Assembly: GCA_965261595.1 (NCBI GenBank)
Contig: CBDHDG010000006.1
Span: 1,600,001 to 1,664,000 of the forward strand
Direction of reading: 5' to 3'
DNA: 64,000 nucleotides
DNA from: a bacterium
GTDB lineage: Bacteria; UBA8248; JACPRG01; G963555815
This document shows, one piece after another, positions 1-9,312 of the stretch (the first letter of the stretch is position 1; the number at the start of each line of letters is the position of its first letter). The notes beneath the pieces were generated by a model, which saw only the letters and a program-made list of their open reading frames with translations, made no database searches and was not told where the DNA came from. The translations under genes and the position numbers were made by a program.

Positions 1-723
1 GGTCGGGGCGCCCTGGTAGGCGTCGGGCGCCCACATGTGGAAGGGGACCAGGGCGACCTTGAAGGCGAAACCGGCCGTCAAAAGGATGATGGCCAGCGTC
101 AGGATCGGGCTCCCCCCGGTGCCGGAGGCCAAGGCCTCCCGAATGCCGTCCAGGTAGAGGGTCCCGGTGTAGCCGTAGATCAACGCGATGCCGTACAGAA
201 CGATGGCCGAGCTGAAGATCCCCAGGAGGAAGTACTTGATGCCGCCCTCCTGCGACATCAGATCCCGCTTCAGGAAGCCGACGAGCAAGTACACCGGAAT
301 GGAGAGAAGCTCGAGTCCGATATAGATCGTGAGGAGGTCGTTCCCCGAGGCCAGCACCATCATGCCGATGGTCGAGAATAGGATCAGGGCGTAATACTCG
401 CCCCGGTTGATGTCCTCGATTTTGAGATAGCGGAACGAGATCAGGATCGTCAGAAACGCCACGCCCAGGAAGATGAACTTGAAGAAGGTGGAGAAATCGT
501 CCACCCGGTACATCCCCCCGAACAGCTTTACGTCCGTCCCGATCCGCCCGGCCAGAAAGACGCCCGCCACGACGAGGCCCGCCAGCGCCAGGAACCCTGA
601 GAACCCCTTCCTCTTGGGGGACAGAAAGAGGTCCACCAAAATGATCGCGCAGACGAGCACGGTCATGGCAATCTCGGGCAGAATCGGCCCGAGCTGAACC
701 TTGGGCAGAACGATGGGATCCAT
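1..723 (-). CDS. nuoN: NADH-quinone oxidoreductase subunit N (cluster A), runs off the window edge
   Basis: Own translation from ATG at 723: MDPIVLPKVQLGPILPEIAMTVLVCAIILVDLF...GEYYALILFSTIGMMVLASG...EGGIKYFLLG...FKVALVPFHMWAPDAYQGAPT; lies directly after nuoM. Confidence 0.93.
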   Translation of the reverse strand, partial: MDPIVLPKVQLGPILPEIAMTVLVCAIILVDLFLSPKRKGFSGFLALAGLVVAGVFLAGRIGTDVKLFGGMYRVDDFSTFFKFIFLGVAFLTILISFRYLKIEDINRGEYYALILFSTIGMMVLASGNDLLTIYIGLELLSIPVYLLVGFLKRDLMSQEGGIKYFLLGIFSSAIVLYGIALIYGYTGTLYLDGIREALASGTGGSPILTLAIILLTAGFAFKVALVPFHMWAPDAYQGAPT

Positions 724-726
724 GGA

Positions 727-2367
727 CTATTTTCCCGAAACGCCGCGCTTGAATTGGGACACCAGCGCCCGGACCTCTTCGGCGGACCGGGGCGGGACCT
801 TCGGCAGGACCGCCGGCCGCGCGAAGGCCTTGCCGTCGATGGGCTTGCCCGCCTTGGCCAGATTAATCTGGCGGACCAGATTGTTCACCGCGGGCTCCAG
901 GATTCGCAGATAGGGCTTCGGATAAATCCCGATCCAGAACATGAGGATGATCAGCGGCATCAGGTAGATCACCTCCCGCTTGTTCAGGTCGGCCAGGCCC
1001 TCGTTCTCGGGCTTGTCCACGCCCCCGAACATCATCCGCTGGAAGAGCCACAGCATGTAGGCCGCCCCCAGGACGATGCCGAGCACGGCGAAGGCCGCGT
1101 AGATCTTGCTCACTTGGAAGGCCCCCACCAGGATGAGGAACTCGCCCACGAACCCGTTGAGGCCCGGCAGCCCGATGGAGGAAAACATGGTGATGGCGAA
1201 GAAGACGGTGAACACGGGGATCACCTTCGCGAGGCCGCCGAAGTCGGAGATCTCCCGCGTGTGCCTGCGCTCGTAGAGGATCCCGACGATGAGGAAGAGC
1301 GCCCCCGTGGACAGCCCGTGGTTGATGTTCTGGAGCAGCGCGCCCACCAGCCCCTGGGAATTGAGTGCGAAGATGCCCAGCATGACGAAGCCGAGATGGC
1401 TCACCGAGCTGTAGGCCACGAGCTTCTTCACATCGCTCTGCGCCATGGCCACCAGGGCCCCGTAGATGATCCCGATGATGGCCAAAAGGGCCATGAACGG
1501 AACCATCGTCTCACTGGCCTTGGGCAGAAGCGGCAGGCTGAACCGGACGAAGCCATAGGTCCCCATCTTCAGGAGGACGCCGGCCAGGATGACGCTGCCC
1601 GCCGTGGGGGCCTCGACGTGGGCGTCGGGCAGCCAAGTGTGGAACGGGAACATCGGGACCTTGATGGCGAACCCAACGAAGAGCGCGAGGAAGATCCAGA
1701 ACTGGTGCTCCGCCGGAAGCCTGGGCGCCATCTTGTAGAGCTCGAGGAGGTTGAAAGTCAGCTCACCCGAGCCGTACTCCGGATTGGCGTTCAGGAAGTA
1801 CAAGGCCAGGAACCCAAGCAGGAGCAGCACGCTGCCCACCAGGGTGTAGAGGAAGAACTTGATGGCCGCGTACAGCTTGCGGGGGCCGCCCCAGATCCCG
1901 ATGAGGAAATACATCGGGACCAGCATGATCTCCCAGAAAACGTAAAAGAGGAAGAGATCCAGGGAGACGAAGACGCCCAGCATTCCGGTCTCGAGGATCA
2001 GCAGACTGACGTAATACTCCTTCTGCCGTTCCTTGACCGCTTTGTAAGAGCAAAGAATCGCGATCGAGCTCAGGAGCGTCGTCAAGACGATGAGCAGGAT
2101 GCTGATCCCGTCCACGCCGATGGAATACTTCACCCCGAGGGAGGGGATCCAGGAGTACTCCTCCACGTACTGCATCTGCACGTTCTCGGCCTCGAAGCCG
2201 GGAAGCAGCCACAGGGAGAAGCCCAACACCAGAAGCGAGACCACAAAGGCGAAGTTCCTGATGGCCCCCGTCTTGTCCCGGGGAAAGAACAGCATCATGG
2301 CCACGGCCCCCGCGAGGGGGAGGAAAACCATGTACGTCAAAATGGGAAATCCGAGAACGTTCGTCAT
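727..2367 (-). CDS. nuoM: NADH-quinone oxidoreductase subunit M (cluster A)
   Basis: 546 aa; FYVFWEIML, KVPMFPFHTWLPDAHVEAPT and GVLLKMGTYG motifs. Confidence 0.96.
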   Translation of the reverse strand: MTNVLGFPILTYMVFLPLAGAVAMMLFFPRDKTGAIRNFAFVVSLLVLGFSLWLLPGFEAENVQMQYVEEYSWIPSLGVKYSIGVDGISILLIVLTTLLSSIAILCSYKAVKERQKEYYVSLLILETGMLGVFVSLDLFLFYVFWEIMLVPMYFLIGIWGGPRKLYAAIKFFLYTLVGSVLLLLGFLALYFLNANPEYGSGELTFNLLELYKMAPRLPAEHQFWIFLALFVGFAIKVPMFPFHTWLPDAHVEAPTAGSVILAGVLLKMGTYGFVRFSLPLLPKASETMVPFMALLAIIGIIYGALVAMAQSDVKKLVAYSSVSHLGFVMLGIFALNSQGLVGALLQNINHGLSTGALFLIVGILYERRHTREISDFGGLAKVIPVFTVFFAITMFSSIGLPGLNGFVGEFLILVGAFQVSKIYAAFAVLGIVLGAAYMLWLFQRMMFGGVDKPENEGLADLNKREVIYLMPLIILMFWIGIYPKPYLRILEPAVNNLVRQINLAKAGKPIDGKAFARPAVLPKVPPRSAEEVRALVSQFKRGVSGK

Positions 2368-2455
2368 TGAATTCGGTCCTTTGAAGCGCTCCGACCTTCC
2401 ACGAGTCTCCCCGTATCCTGCCCCGCCCTGCCGGGGTCAGGCCGGAATCACTCCT

Positions 2456-4450
2456 TTATCCGTACATCAGGTACAGGCTCACAATCACGAAGACGCCCAG
2501 GAGCATCGCCAGGGCGTAGTTCTGGACGCCCCCGGTCTGCACCCGGCGCAGCCCCCGCGCCCAATTCGTCAGAATGACCCCGACGCCGTTTACGGCGCCG
2601 TCCACCGTCTGAAGGTCAAAGATGCCGGACAGCTTGCTCAGCCAGACGGTCAGCCAGGATGTCCCGTTCACAGTCCCGTCCACGCCTTTGGCGTCCACCG
2701 TGTACAGGGCCTTCATCAGCCACATGATGGGGCGAACGATGCAGGCGTCGTAGATCTCGTCCACCCAGTACTTGTTCAGCAGCAGTTGGTAAGTCCCCTG
2801 GAACTTCTCGCTCAGCCGCTTCGGGACCTCCAGGTTTTTTGTATACATAAAGCGCGCGAGCATCCAGCCTCCGACGCCGATCGCCACCGACACCACGGCC
2901 AGGACCCAGAGAAGGGCCGTGGACGCGTGGGCCTCGCCCCCCCCCGCCGCCGTCCCGAAAACGGGGCCCAGGTAGGCGTGGAACGCGTTGTATCCGGGGA
3001 TGCCCACCCAGCCGCCCACGATCGCCAGAGCCGCCAGGATGATCAGCGGCGTCGTCATCGCCGCGGGGGACTCGTGCAAGTGATGGGTCGCCTCGGGGAC
3101 CACCCGCGACTTTCCGAAAAACGTCATGTAGATCAGCCGGAACATGTAGAAAGCCGTCATGAACGCGGCCAGAATGCCCAGAACCCAGACGAAATAGTTG
3201 CCCGACGTGAAGGCCTCGGCCAGGATCTCGTCCTTGCTGAAAAAACCGGCAAGGGGAGGAATCCCCGAGATGGCCAGCGCGCCGATGTAGAAGGTCAAGG
3301 ACGTGACGGGCAGATGCTTACGGAGCCCGCCCATGAACCGCATGTCCTGGCGGCGCCCTTCGTCCGGGTCCCCGTGCAGGGCGTGGATGACACTGCCCGA
3401 ACCCAGAAAGAGCAGTCCCTTGAAGAAGGCGTGGGTCATCAGGTGAAAGATGCCCGCCGTGAAGGCCCCCACCCCCAAGGCCAGGAACATGTAGCCCAGT
3501 TGGCTCACCGTGGAGTAGGCCAGGACGCGCTTGATGTCGTTTTGGACCAAAGCGATGCTGGCGGCGAAGATGGCCGTCAGCCCCCCGACAACGGCCACCA
3601 CCTCCATCGAGACGGGGGCCAGCAGGTACAAGGTGCTCGATCGGGCCACCATGTAGACCCCGGCCGTCACCATCGTGGCCGCGTGGATGAGCGCGCTCAC
3701 CGGCGTCGGCCCCTCCATGGCGTCGGGGAGCCAGGTGAACAGGGGGAGCTGGGCCGATTTGCCGACGGCCCCGACGAACAGGCAGAGCGTGATGAGCGTG
3801 GCCGCCGAGGCGGCGGCCGATCCGGGGCCCGCGGCGCGGGCCTGCTCAAAGACGCCCGCGTAGTCGAGCGTGCCGAACACCTGGAAGATCAGGAACACGC
3901 CGAGCAGGAAGCCGGCGTCGCCGATGCGGTTCACGATGAACGCCTTCTTCCCGGCGTCGGAGGCCGATTTCTTGTGGTACCAGAACCCGATGAGCAGATA
4001 CGAGCAGAGCCCCACGCCCTCCCAGCCGACGAACATCAGCAGGTAGTTGTTCCCCAGAATGAGGAGGAGCATGGCGAACATGAAGAGGTTGAGGTAGGTG
4101 AAAAAGCGCGAAAAGCCCGGGTCGTCGCGCATGTAGCCGGCGGAATAGACGTGGATGAGGAAACCCACCCCCGTCACGACGAACAACATGATCGAGCTGA
4201 GGGGATCGACGAGGAAGGCGATCTCCGCCCGGAATCCGGCGGCGACGACCCACTCGAACAAGCGGACCTGGATGGTTTCCCCGCCGAGGACCGTCCGGTT
4301 GAGGACGATCAGGGCGAAGAGGAGCGAGAGCCCGGTCGCGGCCAACGCCACCCAGTGGGCGCGCCGGCCCGTCCAGCGGCCGAAGAGACCGTTGATGAGC
4401 GCCCCCAGGCCGGGGAGCGCGACAATCCAAGGAACGAGCGTTTCCGCCAT
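2456..4450 (-). CDS. nuoL: NADH-quinone oxidoreductase subunit L (cluster A) with a 26-aa extension of the amphipathic helix
   Basis: 664 aa; GWEGVG, GKSAQLPLFTWLPDAMEGPTPVSALIHAATMV, HAFFK; the DxxxVDGxVNG motif occurs twice near the C-terminus. Confidence 0.96.
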   Translation of the reverse strand: MAETLVPWIVALPGLGALINGLFGRWTGRRAHWVALAATGLSLLFALIVLNRTVLGGETIQVRLFEWVVAAGFRAEIAFLVDPLSSIMLFVVTGVGFLIHVYSAGYMRDDPGFSRFFTYLNLFMFAMLLLILGNNYLLMFVGWEGVGLCSYLLIGFWYHKKSASDAGKKAFIVNRIGDAGFLLGVFLIFQVFGTLDYAGVFEQARAAGPGSAAASAATLITLCLFVGAVGKSAQLPLFTWLPDAMEGPTPVSALIHAATMVTAGVYMVARSSTLYLLAPVSMEVVAVVGGLTAIFAASIALVQNDIKRVLAYSTVSQLGYMFLALGVGAFTAGIFHLMTHAFFKGLLFLGSGSVIHALHGDPDEGRRQDMRFMGGLRKHLPVTSLTFYIGALAISGIPPLAGFFSKDEILAEAFTSGNYFVWVLGILAAFMTAFYMFRLIYMTFFGKSRVVPEATHHLHESPAAMTTPLIILAALAIVGGWVGIPGYNAFHAYLGPVFGTAAGGGEAHASTALLWVLAVVSVAIGVGGWMLARFMYTKNLEVPKRLSEKFQGTYQLLLNKYWVDEIYDACIVRPIMWLMKALYTVDAKGVDGTVNGTSWLTVWLSKLSGIFDLQTVDGAVNGVGVILTNWARGLRRVQTGGVQNYALAMLLGVFVIVSLYLMYG

Positions 4451-4460
4451 ATCTAAAGAC

Positions 4461-4763
4461 TCACCATTTCAGGATGTTGATCTCGTCCACGTTGAGCGTG
4501 GCTTTCCTGCGGTTCAGGGAGATGATGAGGGCCAGCCCGACGGCCGCTTCCACGGCGGCGACCGTGATCACGAAAATGACGAACATCTGACCCATCATGT
4601 TCCCGTGCATCTTGGCGAACGCGATGAACGTCAGGTTCACGGCGTTCAGCATGAGCTCGATGGACATGAGGATCATGATCACGTTCCGGCGCGTCAGAAC
4701 GCCGATGCCGCCGATCACGAAAACCAGCCCCGCCAGGGCCAGGTAGTATTCACCCGGGACCAC
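4461..4763 (-). CDS. nuoK: NADH-quinone oxidoreductase subunit K (cluster A)
   Basis: 100 aa; [19 protein letters not shown] and [11 protein letters not shown]. Confidence 0.95.
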   Translation of the reverse strand: MVPGEYYLALAGLVFVIGGIGVLTRRNVIMILMSIELMLNAVNLTFIAFAKMHGNMMGQMFVIFVITVAAVEAAVGLALIISLNRRKATLNVDEINILKW

Positions 4764-4809
4764 TAGGCGCCCCCCCCGTCACATCCGCCGGACAGCCTTC
4801 CGATCACGC

Positions 4810-5325
4810 TCAAATCTCCCGCTTTGCGATCACGATGGCACCGATCATCGCGGCCAGCAGCAAGAGCGACGCCACCTCGAAGGGGAACAGGAACTCGGTG
4901 TAGAGCGTCACGCCGAATGCCTCGGTGTTCCCCCCGTAGGCGTTCAGGGCGGCCTTCGCCGCTTCGGCCGTCTTGGCCGACGGGACCCAAATCCCCTTGA
5001 TGAGGATCACGAAGAACTCCGCCGCCAGCAACGCACCGATGACCCCCGCCGCCACCTTCTGCCGCTGCCATTGGCGCTCGGCCATGGATTCCCGGACATT
5101 GATCAGCATGATGACGAAGACGTAGAGCATCATGATGGCACCCGCGTAGATCAACACCTGGATGGCCGCCAGAAACTCGGCCTCAAGCATGACGTACAGG
5201 GCCGCCGCGCAGAAAAGGGTGAGCAGGAGGTAGAGGGCGGCATGGACAACGTTTCGGCGCGTGATGACCAGCAAGGAGGAGATCAGCATGCCGAGTCCGA
5301 AAATGATGAAAAACGGCCACTCCAT
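4810..5325 (-). CDS. nuoJ: NADH-quinone oxidoreductase subunit J (cluster A)
   Basis: 171 aa; AEFLAAIQVLIYAGAIMMLYVFVIML and PFEVASLLLL. Confidence 0.95.
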   Translation of the reverse strand: MEWPFFIIFGLGMLISSLLVITRRNVVHAALYLLLTLFCAAALYVMLEAEFLAAIQVLIYAGAIMMLYVFVIMLINVRESMAERQWQRQKVAAGVIGALLAAEFFVILIKGIWVPSAKTAEAAKAALNAYGGNTEAFGVTLYTEFLFPFEVASLLLLAAMIGAIVIAKREI

Positions 5326-5407
5326 CTGTCAGGGCCTTTCCTGCGTCATCGGCCAAGAATTCCCGGGGGCCTTCTCCGGCGCCCGGACGCTGAATTCTCC
5401 GAACCGG

Positions 5408-6376
5408 CTACACGAGATACATCAGAAGTCCGGTCAGGAAAATATTCGCCAGCGCGAGAGGGAACATCAACTTCCAGCCAAGCCCCATCAACTGATCGTA
5501 CCGGAGCCGCGGAAGCGTCGCCCTCAACCACATCATGAAAAACATACCGATGAACACCTTGAGAATGAACCAGTGCGCGCCGGGCGCCCCCGGCCCCAGA
5601 TAACCGCCGAAGAACACGACGGCCGCGATGGAGCAGACGACCATCATGTTGGCGTACTCCGCCAGGAAGAAAAAAGCGAACTTCATCCCGCTGTACTCCG
5701 TGTGGAACCCCGCCACCAGCTCCGTCTCGGCTTCGGGCAGATCGAAGGGGATTCGGTTCGTCTCGGCCAGTCCAGCGATAAAGAACAGCACGAAGGCCAG
5801 GGGCTGGTACACAATGAACCACGTCTCCTTCTGGGCCTCGACGATGTCCAGCATGTTCAGCGATCCGGCGAGCATCAGCGGTCCGACGAGGGCGAAACCC
5901 AGAAAGATCTCGTAGGAGATCATCTGCGCGGCGCTCCGGAATCCTCCCAGCATGGAATACTTGCTGCCCGACGCCCAACCGGCCATCACGATGCCGAAGA
6001 TGCCCAGAGACGAGACCCCCACGACGAACAGCAGTCCGATGTTGAGATTGGCGATGACAAAACCGCTCGATATGGGGATGACCGAGTAGACGACGAACGC
6101 CGGAATGAGGGCGAACAGAGGCGCCAGGATGAACACGGCCTTGTCGGCCTCCCGGGGGATGATGTCCTCTTTGAGGAACAGCTTCAGGCCGTCGGCGATG
6201 GGCTGGAGGAGGCCGTGCGGGCCGACCCGCATGGGGCCCAGCCGGACCTGCATATGGCCGATGAGCTTCCGCTCGAAATACGTCATGTAGGCCACCAGCA
6301 GGGATATCACGCCCCAGACGATGGTGATCTTGATCAGCGCGAACAGCGTTTCAAGAACCATGGTGGAAACGTACAC
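5408..6376 (-). CDS. nuoH: NADH-quinone oxidoreductase subunit H (cluster A); start may be ATG at 6361
   Basis: [42 protein letters not shown] and PRLRYDQLM. Confidence 0.95.
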   Translation of the reverse strand: MYVSTMVLETLFALIKITIVWGVISLLVAYMTYFERKLIGHMQVRLGPMRVGPHGLLQPIADGLKLFLKEDIIPREADKAVFILAPLFALIPAFVVYSVIPISSGFVIANLNIGLLFVVGVSSLGIFGIVMAGWASGSKYSMLGGFRSAAQMISYEIFLGFALVGPLMLAGSLNMLDIVEAQKETWFIVYQPLAFVLFFIAGLAETNRIPFDLPEAETELVAGFHTEYSGMKFAFFFLAEYANMMVVCSIAAVVFFGGYLGPGAPGAHWFILKVFIGMFFMMWLRATLPRLRYDQLMGLGWKLMFPLALANIFLTGLLMYLV

Positions 6377-6431
6377 TCCTTCACCGGGCCGAAAGCGCCG
6401 GAGGGAGGGGGGGCCGGGACAGTCCGGCCGC

Positions 6432-7571
6432 TCAGCGGTCCACTTCGCCCAGAACGATGTCGATGCTGCCGATGGCCGCGACGGCGTCCGCCACGAGCTG
6501 GTCCTTCAACAATAAAGGCAGCGTCTGCAAATTCACGAATGAAGGCGGCCGGATTCTCAGCCGGAAGGGCCGGTCCGCGCCGTCGCTGACCAGATAGTAG
6601 CCCAACTCGCCCTTCGGCCCCTCGATGCGGTGGTAGACGTCCCCTTCCTTGGGCTTCATCGTCCTGGGCACCCGGGCCATGGTCTTGCCCTTGGGCAGGT
6701 CGGCCACCGCCTGCTCGATGATGTAGCAGCTTTGGCGCATCTCCTCCAGCCGCACGAGGTAGCGGTCGTAAATGTCGCCGTTTTGTCCCACCGGAACCGT
6801 GAAATCGAAATCATCGTAGGCGGCGTAGGGCTCGGCCTTGCGGACGTCGAAGGCCACGCCGGAGGCCCGGAGGATCGGGCCGCTGGCCCCCAGGTCGATC
6901 GCGTCCTCGGCGGAAAGCGTCGCCACGCCGCGCGTGCGCGCCTTCCAGATCCGGTTCTCCGTCAACAGGTCCTCGTAATCGTACATCGCCCGGGGGAACT
7001 CGCGGACGAAGCGCTCGCAATCCAGGAAGAATTGTTGGGCCGGGTCTTCGTACACGCCGCCCACCCGGAAGCTGTGGACGGTCAGGCGGGCGCCGTAGGC
7101 GACTTCGAACAGATCGAGGATCTTCTCCCGATCCCGGAAGCAGTACAGGAACACCGTCATGGCCCCGATGTCGAGGGCATGGGTCCCGAGCCACAGCAGG
7201 TGGCTGGAAATCCGGGCGAGCTCGGCCGTAATAACCCGAATGTAATGCGCCCGAATCGGGACATCCAGCTCCAGCAGCTTTTCCACGGCCTCCACGTAAC
7301 CCAGGTTGTTGGAGGGGGAGGCGACGTAATCCGTCCGGTCGGTGTAGGGGACAAACTGGCCGTAGTTGAGGTTCTCGCCGATCTTTTCCACACCCCGGTG
7401 CAGGTAGCCGATCTCGCACTCCGTATGGCGGACGATCTCTCCGTCGAGCTGGAGGATCACCCGCAACACACCATGCGTGCTGGGGTGCTGGGGCCCCATG
7501 TTGATGACCAGATCTTCGGTCTGGGGAACGATCCGCTCGGGTTGGGGCGCGGCCTGGACCACGGATCTCAC
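6432..7571 (-). CDS. nuoD: NADH-quinone oxidoreductase subunit D (cluster A)
   Basis: [28 protein letters not shown] and C-terminal GEVDR; start placed at the GTG overlapping the nuoC stop. Confidence 0.95.
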   Translation of the reverse strand: MRSVVQAAPQPERIVPQTEDLVINMGPQHPSTHGVLRVILQLDGEIVRHTECEIGYLHRGVEKIGENLNYGQFVPYTDRTDYVASPSNNLGYVEAVEKLLELDVPIRAHYIRVITAELARISSHLLWLGTHALDIGAMTVFLYCFRDREKILDLFEVAYGARLTVHSFRVGGVYEDPAQQFFLDCERFVREFPRAMYDYEDLLTENRIWKARTRGVATLSAEDAIDLGASGPILRASGVAFDVRKAEPYAAYDDFDFTVPVGQNGDIYDRYLVRLEEMRQSCYIIEQAVADLPKGKTMARVPRTMKPKEGDVYHRIEGPKGELGYYLVSDGADRPFRLRIRPPSFVNLQTLPLLLKDQLVADAVAAIGSIDIVLGEVDR

Positions 7572-8278
7572 TTCCTTTCCGTCATGGGGCGGCTGGAGCC
7601 CGGGATCTGGCGCTCGACCCACGTCAACCCGAAGCCGTCCCCGCGGATGGGATAATCTTTGCGGAGTGGAAAGCCTTCCCAGTCCTCCGGCAGGAGGATG
7701 CGGCGCAGGTCGGGATGCCCTTCGAACTCGATGCCGAACATGTCATAGGCTTCGCGCTCGAGCCAGTCGGCCGTCCGCCAGACTTCGACGACCGAGGGCG
7801 CCGCCTCGCCGTCCGCCAGCCGCACCTTCAACCGAAGGCGCTCGGAGCGATCCAGGGCGAACAATTGATAGACCACCTCGAAGGGTTTTTCCCGCTCCGG
7901 GTAGTGGACGCCGCAGAGGTCGGACAGATAATTGAAGCCGTGCTCGGCTTTGAGGTGCGCGCACAACGCACGAACCCGGCCGGCCGGGACGGTCATGCTC
8001 ACCTCATCGGCGCCCCCGGTGAAGGACGTCACCTCTTCGACTTCGTCCCCGAGGAACGCCCGGACGGCCTTCACGCCGGCCAGGGACTCCAGCGGGTCTT
8101 CCGGCGGCTCTTCCGGAGGGGCTCCGTCGCCCTCTCCTTCGCCGGACGCACCCGCGTCCTCGGACGGCTCGGGGCTCGCTTCGGTTTCTTCTGAGGAATC
8201 GGCGGGGGGGGGGGGCTCGTCCGACCTGTCATCCCCTTCGGGCTGATCGGTTTCCGCCGCTTGGTTCTCTTCGGTCAT
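7568..8278 (-). CDS. nuoC: NADH-quinone oxidoreductase subunit C (cluster A) with an acidic N-terminal extension
   Basis: [41 protein letters not shown]. Confidence 0.94.
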   Translation of the reverse strand: MTEENQAAETDQPEGDDRSDEPPPPADSSEETEASPEPSEDAGASGEGEGDGAPPEEPPEDPLESLAGVKAVRAFLGDEVEEVTSFTGGADEVSMTVPAGRVRALCAHLKAEHGFNYLSDLCGVHYPEREKPFEVVYQLFALDRSERLRLKVRLADGEAAPSVVEVWRTADWLEREAYDMFGIEFEGHPDLRRILLPEDWEGFPLRKDYPIRGDGFGLTWVERQIPGSSRPMTERK

Positions 8279-8293
8279 CGTTATCCTATGCGA

Positions 8294-8770
8294 TCACGCG
8301 CGCAGGAACTTTTCCTGCTGAATTTTCTCCTGGAGCTTCAGGACGCCCCACATCAGGGCCTCGGGCCGGGGGGGGCATCCGGAAACATAAATATCCACGG
8401 GAACAACCTGGTCCACGCCTTGAAGGGTCGAGTATGTGTTGAAAGGCCCGCCCGCCGTGGAGCAGCTTCCCATCGAGATGACCCATCGGGGCTCGGGCAT
8501 CTGGTCGTAGACCTTCCGAACCACCGGGGCCATCTTGTAAGTGACCGTGCCGGCTACGATCATCACGTCCGACTGCCGGGGCGTCGCCCGGAAGATGATC
8601 CCGAAGCGGTCGAAATCATACCGGGAGGCCCCGCTCGCCATCATCTCGATGGCGCAACAGGCCAGACCGAACGTCATGGGCCACAGGGCGGATTTTCGCG
8701 CCCAGCCAACCAGGTAGTCCAGCGTGGTCGTGAGGATGTTCTCCTGAAAACGGTGCTCGACTATACCCAT
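8294..8770 (-). CDS. nuoB: NADH-quinone oxidoreductase subunit B (cluster A)
   Basis: [13 protein letters not shown] and GCPPRPE (cluster N2 ligands). Confidence 0.96.
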   Translation of the reverse strand: MGIVEHRFQENILTTTLDYLVGWARKSALWPMTFGLACCAIEMMASGASRYDFDRFGIIFRATPRQSDVMIVAGTVTYKMAPVVRKVYDQMPEPRWVISMGSCSTAGGPFNTYSTLQGVDQVVPVDIYVSGCPPRPEALMWGVLKLQEKIQQEKFLRA

Positions 8771-9153
8771 TCCAGAGCTCCCTTCTTCCAGGCGTAGACG
8801 TATCCCACGAGCAGGATCACCAGAAAGAGCATCATCTCGACGAACCCGAACAGGCCGATGCGGTTATAGACCACGGCCCAGGGGAAGAGAAAAGCGCCCT
8901 CGACGTCGAACAACAGAAAGAGGATGGCGACGATGTAATACCGGATGGAGAAATGCTCGCCCGCCCGGACGAGCGGAGGGATGCCGCACTCATAAGGAGA
9001 GAGCTTCTCCGGATCCGGCTTTTTCGGGCGGACAAGCATCGCGATGAGCAGCGTTCCCCCGCCGAAAGCGGCCACCACCAGGATAAAGATGAAGACCGGG
9101 ATAAACGGGTGAATCGAAGTATAGTCGCTAAAGAAGCGGTTCAGAATCTCCAC
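8761..9153 (-). CDS. nuoA: NADH-quinone oxidoreductase subunit A (cluster A)
   Basis: [21 protein letters not shown] and WKKGALEW. Confidence 0.95.
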   Translation of the reverse strand: MEILNRFFSDYTSIHPFIPVFIFILVVAAFGGGTLLIAMLVRPKKPDPEKLSPYECGIPPLVRAGEHFSIRYYIVAILFLLFDVEGAFLFPWAVVYNRIGLFGFVEMMLFLVILLVGYVYAWKKGALEWV

Positions 9154-9255
9154 GCCGACAGACCCCCAACCGGACTTTCACACGCAAGACGTAAGGAAAT
9201 TCCTGAGGTGAATAGAACAGAACTTCCCTGACAACGTCGACCAAGCCTCCCCAAA

Positions 9256-9284
9256 AGTATAATCCCCCGCCCGCTCGGGTCCAA
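9256..9284 (-). promoter_or_regulatory. Putative sigma70 promoter of nuo cluster A
   Basis: TTGGAC-N17-TATACT on the minus strand between nuoN(B) and nuoA(A). Confidence 0.55.
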
Positions 9285-9312
9285 GGACATTCGCGCACTT
9301 TTTTTCACAATC

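Noticed and set aside
6432..8770. Cluster A as a group 4 [NiFe]-hydrogenase
   Set aside because: The large subunit lacks CxxC Ni-binding motifs and ends in GEVDR, and NuoB has the tandem CC of complex I.
9291..9310. Third Rex box upstream of cluster A
   Set aside because: Only one good half-site (TTCACAA); the other half is weak and wrongly spaced.
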